64,000 nt of DNA from Adineta vaga. Its lineage: Eukaryota > Animalia > Rotifera. Numbering within the stretch: the stretch's first letter is position 1; each line of letters begins with the position of its first letter. Shown piece by piece: positions 12,296 to 24,562 of the stretch. A model generated the notes under the pieces. It was given only the letters and a program-made list of their open reading frames with translations. It did no database searches and had not been told where the DNA came from. The stretch covers positions 1,984,001 through 2,048,000 of the forward strand of contig CP075496.1 in assembly GCA_021613535.1 (NCBI GenBank), read 5' to 3'. Position numbers and translations under genes: made by a program.

Positions 12296-13623
12296 ATGAA
12301 TTTATTAGAAGACATTCTAAAGAAGAATCCTCATGTTCATATACATGATGATAAACATGCGTATGTCAATGATATCATATGTTTATTAATCAAAGATGGA
12401 AGAAAGATGTTACATGTTGTAGCAGATTTTGATTTTACATTAACAATGTATGAAAAAGATGGATTAGTTTTACCGTCAACATTTGGTGTAATTGAATCAA
12501 ATGATTATATAAAAGTAAAAACAAAAGATTTTCTTTAAAATATGAAATTGTTTGAAAAGCAGAAGAACAAAAGTATGATGGTATTAGAATGTAAAATGAG
12601 TATATAGATAAAAAATGACATTCTTTCATGATTTTACTTCGACTTTCAAATACATTTTTAAACGTACGATTTCTATGCGTTTCTTAACAGTCATTCCATC
12701 CTTTCATTTTGGACTTCGATCATGATATCTAAACACTTGACAAACTTGTTTGAGGACGTTCGCAACAGAAAATACTCAGTTCTACATTGACGACAAAGTA
12801 GATATGGTTATCTTTTTCAAAATTTGACTTTCTAATTATGTACGAGATCAAAACGACTTCTTTGTACACTATGATTTATTTAGCTACCTGATGGTTCATT
12901 ACTTCGTGATAAATCATCTGAATTATATGGCAAATATCATCCAATTGAAATTGATGTTCAAATGAATGTATCGGAGAAGATACCCTATATGATTGAATGG
13001 TGGCGTTCTGCTCAGACTTTTTTTGTTTTATCAAATTTAACTAAAACGATCATACGTGATCTTGTTCATCAATCTAAAATGGAATTAAAACAAGGTGTTC
13101 GTGAATTCATAACTGAATTATTAACTAGTCAAACTCCAATTCTCGTCTTTTCTGCTGGTCTAGGTAACATTTTCTTTACAAAATAACATCTTTATCTTTC
13201 TTATCTAACGAAATTTCAGGAGATGTTATTCAATATTTTTTCGAAAAACATATTCCAGAATTTAAACATAATCATGAATCTTCTCATATTGTTTCGAATT
13301 TCATTCATTACGATAATCAAGGCAAAGTAATTTCATTCAGTGAAAAATTAATTCATTCATTTAATAAAAATGAACATGAAATACATGATACACCTTACTT
13401 TCAAACAATTACCAATCGACCAAATGTTATTTTACTTGGTGATACACTCGGTGATATTGGAATGACAGGTGGAATGAAAAATTTAAAACAAATATTAAAA
13501 ATAGGATATCTCAATCATAGTACACCAGAGAAATTAGAAGTTTATAAGAATTTTTATGATATTGTTATATGTGATGATCAAACATTTGATATACCAAATG
13601 CAATTTTAAATGCAATTCAATAA
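12296..13623 (+). CDS. NT5C3: Cytosolic 5'-nucleotidase III / pyrimidine 5'-nucleotidase (HAD family)
   Basis: VADFDFTLT (HAD motif I), KYHPIEID, EKIPYMIEWW, FSAGLGD, VSNF, IHSFNKN, ILLGDTLGD, KIGYLN, YDIV. Confidence 0.95.
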
Positions 13624-13713
13624 ATGATTTTTCTTCTTTTTTTGTTTATTTGATAGAAATGAATCGATTTGAAGAAATAAACTAAACTGGTCATTTTGTC
13701 TTTTTTCAGATCA

Positions 13714-15262
13714 ATGGATAAGCAAAAAAGAATAAAGAAAGAAGTATTTATAACTGAAGATGAAGAAATCATTATTGTCAAGAAAAGAAAACCATTAATT
13801 GTGAAAAAAATGTAAGAAATTCTTTGTTCTTTTTTTGTTGTGGTTTGTAATCGAGTCAATTTATAGTATTGGTCGATGTGCATTGAGTGTTGTTTTCTTT
13901 ATAATTTCATTTATTGCCTTAGCACCACTTTTGCTTCAGTTATATGGTGATGCCATTCTTACTAAAATGCTTTTTCAAACTTGGTGTAATCATTTATTTG
14001 AACGATGATTTGAAAAATAAAAATTTCCTCTTCTTTTAGCTCGATATTATCCATGGATTGATCTAACCAAACCAAATGCATTTAGTTTAAATGGAGTAAA
14101 TATTTATGAACAAACAGAACCCGATGTCAAAATTGGACTTTGGTAAGAAGAGTATTATATGGAGTTTCTAAAGAGATCATTCTTTCGTGTTAATTTCTGA
14201 TTGTCTTTCCTCATAGGTACGTAGTCCCATCATCAGTTGTAATTGATCATAGTTTACCAACTCTTGGTGATCATTTAAAACGTTATATTAAATCTACTGA
14301 TCAACCAATAATCATGTATCTTCATGGTCAAGATGGAACTAGGTAAATGAAGTATATAAACAATTTGAAATTATGTTTTTTTCATTTAGAGCAACACATT
14401 ATCGAGCAAATCATTATCGAATGATGACTGCATTTGATAATCATATAATTGCACTTGATTATCGTGGTTATGGTGATTCAACTGGTACAGCAAGTGTTCA
14501 AGGTGTTGTTCATGATGTTTTACATGTATTTAAATCTATCCGTCAAGCTTGTCCAGAAAATCCTATTACTATTTGGGGACATTCAATGGGCACAGGAGTT
14601 GCCTCATGGGCAATGCATCATTTATTTCAAAATATTACGCGTATGAAAATAGTCTTTCTATTTGGAAATGAACATTAAAATCTTATAGATTATAAAAAGC
14701 CATCCGGACTCGTTCTTGAAGCTCCATTTTATAATACATTACAAGGATTAGTTTCATATCCACTTACTCGAGTAAATATCTCTCTTCTCGTCAATTACAA
14801 ATTATTTTTCTCAATAATTTAGATCTTAAAAATCAATCCCTATTTCATGCAAGCTGCACTCGATGCATTAACAATAGTAAAACTTGATTTTCCCAATAAT
14901 GAAATGTAAAAAAATCGAATTAAATTCATTCAATCCTATTCATTCTTACATATTCTAGTGTTTCATATCTTCCATTACCAATTGTAATCATTCATGCTGA
15001 AGATGATGCAGTCATTCCATATTTTCATGTTGAATTAATTCAAGATTATGTTAAACAACATCGAAATGAAAATTTACCTAAAATACGTTTTGTTACTGTT
15101 CCACGTTCTGCTGCTTGTGGTCATAATCATATTTATTCTTATCCAAAATTTCAAGAAATTGTCAGGTAAAAGTTCACATATTGATCGCTTTTTATTCTTG
15201 TACGAATAATTTGATTTTCTTCTAGTGATTTTTCTTTTCTTAAACGTTCTTCGCCTACTTAA
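13714..15262 (+). CDS. ABHD12: ABHD12-like membrane alpha/beta hydrolase, paralog A (triad intact)
   Basis: N-terminal TM, YLHG, DYRGYGDSTG, WGHSMGTGVA nucleophile elbow, LEAPF, IHAEDD and CGHN. Confidence 0.88.
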
Positions 15263-15402
15263 AACAAGTTTAATTTGTTCAATGATGATTGTCTTTCGCA
15301 GTGTGATATTTTAGTCATTTAATTATCAATATTTTCGTTTTGTAATTTTTATCATAAGCAATAAATTTGTGTGCTTTTATTTTTCTAGATAGAAAAACTC
15401 AA

Positions 15403-16872
15403 ATGGAAGAATCTGATTCTGAACCTATAATTAATATTGAAAGATCTTCTCAACGATCAAAATCTTCGTAAGAAACAAAAATTTGATTACTAATAAATTA
15501 TTTCTTTAAAAAAACACACAAATAGATCAATAATGATCAAAATCGGATTAATACTCGGTGGTTTATATATTTTTGCTTCCATTCTTATTCCAATTATTCT
15601 TCTTACTTATCCAACAATTACTTCACATCTTGTTTTTATGAATAAAAGTTTGTTTCGAATTCATATTCATTCTTCTTTAACTTTTTATGTATGTCTAGTG
15701 AAAACACAAACGAATTTTACTCGTCCAGAATCCTTAGGTATTGATCGTGTATATAATTTTTATCTCAATATTGAATCACAAGTGACACTTGGAATATGGT
15801 TTGTTCGTTAATCGATTAAAATCTTAATTAGACGAATTTTTCTTCAGGCATTTTCGTTCTCCATTAATACAAGATCAATACTTTGAAGATGATGAAGATT
15901 ATTTTTCCAAACATTTGATATCAACTATTCCAATTGTGATCTATTTTCATGGATATGCATATGATCGGTAGAGAATTCATTCTTACAATTGATTGATTTT
16001 CTAATAGGAAATATTTAGTTCGTTAGTAACTCGTCGTGAACTTTGTCAACGATTACGTAATGAATTAAAATATGATGTGATTACATTTGATTATCGTGGC
16101 TTTGGTGATTCAACTGGTGAACCAACAGAGAATGGTTTAAGTAAAGATGCTCAATTTATTTATAATTGGTTACAAAAATTAAATAATAATCAACGAAAAA
16201 TTTACTTATGGGGTCATGCACTTGGTTCAGCAGTTGCTTCACAATTAGCAGCACAATTATCACAGAATGAAAGTCTGTTTTTGTCTTACAATGGTAGATT
16301 CATTCTTAAATCATGTATTTGTTTCTATTAGATAAAAATCTCGGAGGTATTGTCATGGAAGCACCATTTATTAATATTCATCAAGCTTTATTAACTCATT
16401 GGTTATCTTTAGTGAGTTATTGATAGAAATCAATCGATACAAAAAAAGAACCCTTTTTCTATTAGTTTTTTCGTTGGCAACCATGGTATTATAGTTTAAC
16501 AGAGAAAGCTTTACATAAAAATAAACTTTCTTTTGAAATACGTCATCATCTATTGAATCTCAATTGTCCATGTGTACTTATCCATGCTGATGATGATTTT
16601 ATTATTCCATATATTCATTCGAAACAATTATTACAAATTGCTCTCAATGCTCGAACTGATAATAAACAAAAGAAGAAATTATTTCATTTCACTATTGATA
16701 TGATATCATATCATCGATCTGGTTACGGACATCAACGAATTTTTCAAGCACCCAAATTAATCTCAACATTAAAGTATAGATAATTTTACTATGAAAAATA
16801 TAAATTATTGATGTTTACCCTTTTTTTAGAACAATTCTATTCGAAGAAGATTTATCAACTCAAGGAATTTAA
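15403..16872 (+). CDS. ABHD12: ABHD12-like paralog B with nucleophile Ser->Ala (GHALG)
   Basis: TM, YFHG, FDYRGFGDSTGEPTENG, WGHALGSAVA, MEAPF, IHADDD and GYGH; exon layout parallels paralog A. Confidence 0.85.
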
Positions 16873-17143
16873 TGTCAAATATATAGATTCGTTTTTTTCT
16901 TGTAAAAATTTTTCTACTTTCTTATTAATAAAAGAGAAAAAGAAGATTTGATATAGAATATGATGACTGTCGGTTATTAGAAACTAGTTTAGTTTAGTTT
17001 AGATAATAAGAAGAGAAAAAGGTTGATCTTTAGTCAAAGAAAAAACAAATATCATAACAAAAGGAAAGTTCTCAATGATAATATGATGAAAGATAACAAA
17101 CACTTGTATTTTTAAAACAAATATTCAACATATTACAATTACA

Positions 17144-18219
17144 ATGAAACTTCATCCATTATTTTATGAACCAGAAATTCATTCATTTTTATTTATTTCA
17201 ATTAATATTCTTTCTTCATTCATTACTTGTTTTATTCTTCATACTTGGCCATTATCAATATTTTTCACATGTTTATATATTCTTTTAATATTTCTAATCA
17301 ATCATGGTTTAGCTTCGGGTCAATATTATTTACCAATTAAGAAAATACATAATCAAACGATTATTATCACAGGTGCAACGTCAGGTATCGGTCGTGTTTG
17401 TGCAGTTCGATTAGCTAAACTTGGTGCTCGAGTTATTCTTGGAATTCGTGGCCAAGAACGAGCTGAAAGAATAGCAAATGAAATATCAAAAGAATCCCAA
17501 GGTGGATTAGTTATTGGATATGATCTTGATATTTCTAGTTTAGAAAGTATCAAAAATTTTGCTGAAAAAATTGATCATGTCGATGTATTAATTAACAATG
17601 CCGGTACTGTCCATGAAGCATATTCAATTACAACAGATGGAATTGAAAAACAATTCGCAACAAATTACAGTTGAGATTACTTTTTTCATCTAATTAAAAT
17701 TTATTTTTTTCTTTCGTTTCAGTTGGACATTTTTATTTAACTCAACTTTTATTACCTCTATTGCAAAATAGTCGGATTGTTAATATTAGCAGTATTGCTC
17801 ATCATTTAGTTCGACCAACAGATATTGATTATTCATTTACAAAAATGAAATATGACTATAATGGATCAAGAGTTTATGCTCTATCAAAATTAGCATTAAT
17901 CTATCATGCAAGTGAATTAACACGTCGTTATAATGTCAAAGCCTATTCACTTCATCCAGGAATAATTATGAGTACAAATCTAAATAAATATCGATCATTG
18001 TTTCAACGAATTGCTTTACAAATCTTATCGATGATAAGTAAAACAATTGAACAAGGTTCGATGACAACACTTTATTGTGTCTTATCGAATGATGCAAAAC
18101 CTGGTTGTTATCATTCAAATTGTCATGTAAGAAGACCAAGTCAGTTAGCAATGGATACTGGTCGAGCGGAAGAATGTTGGAATGAAAGTGAAAGAATAAT
18201 TCAAGAAAAATTGAAGTGA
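17144..18219 (+). CDS. Retinol dehydrogenase-like short-chain dehydrogenase/reductase with N-terminal TM segments
   Basis: TGATSGIG, LINNAG, FATNYIGHF, NISS, YALSK and SLHPG; one intron near 17670-17722. Confidence 0.92.
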
Positions 18220-18437
18220 TTTTATGGAATTTTCTATTTTAACTCAATTATGTTGGATTTGAATGTCTAGGAATCATTTCATATACATTTTAATCGTCTT
18301 TATCTTTTGTCTAAAATCACAGATAACCTAATGATAAATAGAGAATAACATGGTTTAATATTAGTAAACTGTTTTGTATACATTCTAGATCTATGTTGAA
18401 AGAAGAAGAAGGAAATGAAAAGATAAATCACAATAAA

Positions 18438-20979
18438 CTAATCTTGGTGAATATTAAAAAGTTTGGCAAGTTCTTGAAAATTTGTAATCTCTTGTTGATC
18501 TTTGATAATCTATTGAAAAAAGATAAAGAGATATTATTGAAATAATGTTGAATATAGATGAAAATGATAAGTACCTTTCGTGCAATAGGAATACGATTGA
18601 ATATATTCCAAAGAACAATACCAACTACTTTGTTTTCTTTTAAATAAAACACAACACCTTTACTATAATCATCCTTTTGTTGATTTGTTGTATCAGATTT
18701 TGTTTCCGGTAATTTATGTTTTAATTCACTTGCTGTTGCTATTGGTGCAACATCTTTTTGTTCACGATTACCTTCACTATCATCTTTTTGTTCTTCATCA
18801 TCAGGTTTTCCTTTTGCATAAACAGCAACAGTTTGTAGTTGAGAATCTGTTAAACCAATCGCTTCAAAACCAACTTTTGGTCCTAAATCTGACCAAAACA
18901 TTGATTGATGCCAATAGGGTTTATGTGCACCTGTCATATTTTCTCCTGCTAATTTACCACTAACAACAGCATGATCATAATGTTCGACACGACGTCGTCC
19001 TAATTTAATATCATAGAATGATGCTGCATCACCAGCAACCCACACATTATGACGTGCTTGTAATTCTGCATTAACAAGAAAACCACCTTGATCAGAATCG
19101 ACTTCTAAACCAGCTGATTGAGCTAAATCAGTATTGGGCTCAATACCGACAGCAATAACAATATGATCAGATGTCAGATAGCTTGTTTTTCTGGGTTTTT
19201 GTGGATCAATATACGATAAATTCACTTTACCTTCTTGAATTGATGTACCAATAAGTTCAACATTTGTTAAAACTTCTGCTCCTTCTATTGATATTTTCAA
19301 ATAAATCTCAATTAGATCAGATCTTTGATACATATTACGAACAATTTACCTTCTCGAACACGTTCTGTCGCCCATTTACTCAAATATTCCGGTAACACTT
19401 TACTAATATTACCTAAAAGAAAAAGAAACAAATGAGAAAGATTCTAGGACATATTGCCTTACCTGTTTCTGGCATTAATTGAGTTACTTTTCCACCTGGT
19501 TTACCATTTTTACTATTTTCCTTAGCACGATGCGCTAAAGCACATGCTAATTCACTGCCAAGAAATCCTCCACCAACAATCGTAACATCAGCACCACTAT
19601 CAATAACTTTTTTCAATGCAAAAAAATCATCAATCTAAATAAAATTTCATTATAAACATACGAATGAACAATGTTATCAATTTACTCCTCGATATAAAGT
19701 TAATTTTGTCTTTAGACGATTTGATGCTGTTTGAAATACTTTCAAACTTTTTGGTTGACCACCTGTTGCAATTAAACATTTTTCGAATGATATTTCCCAT
19801 CCATTATCTAATTTAGCGACTGAATTTTTCAAATCCAAATTTACTACCTAATTCAATTGATAAATCTTCATTTTCGACTAAAAATCAATTCAATCTTACT
19901 TTTCTTCCACGAACAACACCTACACCGCCATTTTCTTGATCATTTAATGTTTTAACATCAGTATAAAATTCTTCATCAAAAAAGTATAAACTAAAACAAC
20001 AATATCGTTTATTTTTTGTTCAAATACGATCGAGCAAGAACAAACAAACAAACCTTTTTTCTTTTCCATTCCATTGTTTAAATGAATGATTATTTATAAC
20101 ATTATCATCATCTGTATACCAAATATCTTTTGACAATGGAGGACGCATATATGGATAGTATTTTTCCGAACTTATCACAAGAACCTAAGTAAATAGAAAT
20201 CAATAAGAAGATGAAATTTTAAAGTAGTAAACAAACTTTAGCTGTTGCATCATGTGCACGTATCGATTTGAATGCACTCATGGCTGTTGCTCCACCACCA
20301 ATGATTAAATATTGTGCAAAATTAGGTATATTTGGTGTTAAATCTTTTTTATCCACTTCTTCAGGACTTTCTTCTTCAGCTAGAGAAAACAAAGTATGAA
20401 ATTCATCAGTTTATAAGAAATAAAATAATATTGAATAATTCAAACCAAGTAATTTTCGATCTTGTAAATCAGAGACTTTTTCAATTAAAGTTTTCTTCGA
20501 TGCACTAAGTTTTTCATCATATTCACTGGCTGCTTGTTTTTTTTCGTTCGAACTTTTCCGACTTTGAAACTAAGGAGAAAAATATCGATGACTTAATTTA
20601 TTTTTCTTCATAAATAAATAAATAAATAAAAATGACCTACGATTGAGTAAATAGCACCAAGACCTGTCAAAGCTCCAGCTAAATACATTAAATTGGTAAT
20701 ATTCTTCTTTTTCTGTTCGTTTTCCTGTGAATTTTGTTCATCATTGGAAGATGATGATGCTGTTGAAGCATATCGAAATCCATAGTTTGAACGAAGATAA
20801 TTTGTCGTTTGTGTAGATTCTGAATAGAAACGAATCGAGTTTAAACAAGAAAAAAACTGTTTATTTTTACCAGATTGAATTAGTTTACGAAGAACAGGTC
20901 CAGTTGTTCTTGTTAATGATCGTTTTATAGTATTGAAATTTTGTATTGAAGCTAAACGAGTGAGATGATATGTTTGCAT
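18438..20979 (-). CDS. AIFM1: Apoptosis-inducing factor 1, mitochondrial flavoprotein
   Basis: Presequence plus TM, YLIIGGGATA, PYMRPPLSK, IVGGGFLGSELACAL, AGDAASFYDIKLGRRRVEHYDHA, PYWHQSMFWSDLGP, KGVVFYL and VGIVLWN. Confidence 0.96.
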
Positions 20980-21867
20980 GATTTAAGCAAATAAATCTGC
21001 AAATAGATTATACACTAAAAATATTTCTCGTTCTTTACTTTACAAACCAAACTAAACTGAAAGACCTGAAATGAATGACTCATTCGAATATTTGACTGGT
21101 TAAATAGCAAACCGTTGAGAGAACAAACAAGATGAGAAAGAAAGATATAAATTAAATAAATTTGTTTTCCATGAAATATTTCATTTAGTTTTATTCATTT
21201 AATCGAAAAATGATTCGTTTAGATGATCAGATGAGTTTCGAACGCTCTCTACAAATGATTTTGAAAGGTTGAGTTTCATAACCAATGAGAATCTTCCAAA
21301 CGAAAGAGAGAAAGATGGTTTCTATTCTATATGATTCAGAACCATTAAGATTTTCTCAAGTGATTATGATCGCTCCATATTTCTATAAAAATACTTACTT
21401 CTATTTACCTGTGGATTGACATGAGTTGCATGTTTACTATATAGAATTGCTCGTTTATGCGGTAAATATTGAAAATAGACATTTGATTTTGTTATTGAGA
21501 AAGGGTGTGCCCTAAATAAGGAAGATGCGCAAGGACATATGAAAAGTTAGAAAAGCAAGAACATTTATTTCTCCTTGACGAGAATTAATTTAAATTTCTT
21601 TTAAGTTTCATTTCTAATAGAAAATTTCTTTTTCAAGTGTTTATTAGTATTTTAAACAAAAAATTAATTTATTTTCAAATATTCTAGACTTTCTTTTGCA
21701 TATATAGATATTTCTCATCAATTGAAATCTTTCATTGTTTTTTGTTCTCTTCTCTTCGTTGTGTTGATTATTATGATGAAATTGATTTGTTTAATTGTAC
21801 ATGCTTAAACAAATCACTGGCGACAACAAATTTGCCAAGCAAATTACGACGTACATCGTCATTGGCG

Positions 21868-23980
21868 ATGACAGATCCTGTCGATGATTCTGATGTTGAA
21901 AGACATTCAGATACTGATGAAATCAAACGAATTAAATTCACTTCAAAAAAACAGAAACTTATTAAAGTAATTTTTTTATTTTCTTTCTTCGTAAATTTCT
22001 TTCTTCTATTATTTAGTCCGGTGGATTTGGTAAACCAAGTGTTTATCACGGTCTAATTGTTATTTTTTTGGAATTTTTTGCATGGGGTCTTCTAACAAAT
22101 CCTATTATTTCCGTAAGATAAAGATTTTATTTGTTTTTCTCTTTGTTAAAGCTTCGTTTGTTTAGACACTTAATCGCACATTTCCAACTCATACATTTTT
22201 AATGAATGGAGTTATTCATGGGATGAAGTTAGAGAAAAGAAAAATAATTCTAAAATAATGTTTTGTTTCTTTTAGAGGCTTATTAACATTCTTAAGTTCA
22301 CCATTATTAGGTGCTTATTCCGACGTATGGGGACGAAAATCATTTCTACTTTTGACTGTATTCTTTACTTGTTGTCCAATACCTTTAATGAAATTTAGTC
22401 CAATGTAAATCTTTAAAATTAGTTTTTCATCGAAAAAAAAAATATTTCTTTATATTCTATTTAAGGTGGTACTTTGCTTTAATTAGCATCAGTGGTTTAT
22501 TTTCGGTAACATTCAGTGTTGTTTATGCCTATGTTGCTGATGTTACCGATGAACATTCTCGAGGTGCTGCATATGGTTTGTTCATCTAAATCTTTGTTTT
22601 TCTATACCTTAGAAGAAAATGTTTGTCTTTCGTTTAGGATTAGTAACGGCAACATTTGCTGCATCATTAATAACAAGTCCAGCAATTGGTGCACATTTAG
22701 CTCGACTTTATAGCGATAATTTTATCATAGCACTTGGTTTGTAATTTGTAATTGAAAGGAAAATTTTGATCTGTTTTCATTTGTAGGAACAGGAGTTGCG
22801 GTATTAGATTTATTATTTATTTATTTTATGGTACCAGAATCTTTACCAGAACGATTACGAATGGATCAGAAAATTTCATGGGAGAAAATCGATCCATTTT
22901 CTGTAAGTTGAAGAAATTAATTTTGTTGACGAAGAAAATCAATTGATTTGATCGTTTTAGGCTCTCAAAAATATAACTCATGATCGTTTTATTTATATGA
23001 TTTGTCTGATTGTTCTTCTATCATATCTACCTGGTATGAACTGAGATGATTTTCAATGAAATTTTTCACGAAGATTTTATCGTTTGTAGAAGCTGGACAA
23101 TATTCATGTTTTTTTGTTTACTTACGTTTAGTAAGTTCAGATTACAAGTCAATTCTTTTGATTAACTTTCATTTTTTATCATTTAGGTATTGGGATTTTC
23201 CGAAGATGAAGTTGCTTATTTTATTGCATTTATTGGCATACTTTCATGTATTGCTCAAGTAAATTCGAATGATTTACTCAATGAAAGATGAATTGATTTT
23301 ATTCAGACTGTCTTTTTGGCATGTTTACAAAAGTATTTCGGTGCCAAAGAAACAATCATGGTTGGATTATTTTTTCAAATTGTACAATTAGCAGCATTTG
23401 GAATTGCTACATCAAACTGGTAATTTTCCAGCCAATTTTTTATAATTCTTTTTTTGAATGTTTCTTTCTAGGGTTATGTGGTTCGCAGGTGGTTTAGCTG
23501 CACTTTCATCCTTAACATATCCATCGATAAGTGCATTTGTTTCTGTTTATGCAAAAGAAAATCAACAAGGTAAACAATCTTGAAATATCTTCAAATCAAA
23601 TCTATGCATTAAATTAAGGTCTCGTCCAAGGAATGGTGAATGGTGTCCGTGGTTTATGTAATGGTCTTGGTCCTGCTTTATTTGGATTTACATTTTATCT
23701 ATTTAATGTTGATTTAGGATATCCATCACCAATAACTTCATCAAAATCAAATGTGACAACAATAATACCGAATGTTAAACCCGTATATGTATCAATGTTA
23801 AATCGTGATGTACCAGGTCCACCATTTCTATTCGGTGCTCTTCTTGCTACAGTTGCATTAATGTTTTCTCTTCTTTTACCACATTCAGTTGCAATAGCAA
23901 TTGATGCAAGAAACCTTGAACAAAAAGTTCATTTAATGGAAATGAAGGAAAATCTTAGCGACAATAATCAATCAGATTAA
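21868..23980 (+). CDS. MFSD14: MFS transporter HIAT1/MFSD14 (many short exons)
   Basis: PSVYHGLIVIFLEFFAWGLLT, GAYSDVWGRKSFLL, AYVADVT, PESL, SYLPEAGQYSCFF, GVRGLCNGLGPALFG and PGPPFLFGA. Confidence 0.93.
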
Positions 23981-24562
23981 TTTCGTTTTTCATCTTGCTA
24001 TTTTTCTAACTATTGACATACGGATTTTCTATTTTATTATCCCAAAAGATGTACATAAAATGAATGATTGAAAACAACAAAATCCATTGTTTTACAAATC
24101 AAAGAAATTTTTCCATCATTTTTTTTTGTTTCTTCATAAGCAAAATGTTTTTTTTTCTTTTCAAATTCCAAAGAAACTGACTAGAACAAGATATACAAAC
24201 ACATGTCATTGTAGCAAAAGAAAAAGAACACAACACAACAAAACTGAATAAATGAAGAGAGAAAGAGAGAAAACAAATAAACAAACAGGCACATTCAAAC
24301 AAAGCCAGAAAAGAAATGAAACATAGCTATAAAACAAAGCACACACACAAAACATAAAATGTTTATAAAGACAAATATTGCAAAAAAAAGAGAGAGAAAC
24401 AAACATTGACTTTTATGATTTTCCAAAAGGAAAGCGAATTCTTTTTCGGTCATGGCAGTTTTCTTTTTGTTTTGTCAGATTCGTTTGTAAATAATAAAGA
24501 AGATCACAGCTTTTATTCTGGCACGAAAAAAAAGAAAAAAAGAGAGAGAGAGAATCTTGTGA

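Noticed and set aside
12515-12882. Unusually long NT5C3 intron (also 37737-38104) as a snoRNA host
   Set aside because: No convincing C/D or H/ACA box pair with terminal stem visible by eye.
16873-17143. SDR gene as a sixth operon member
   Set aside because: The gap is 271 nt, there is no acceptor before the ATG, and GATA-like motifs suggest its own promoter.
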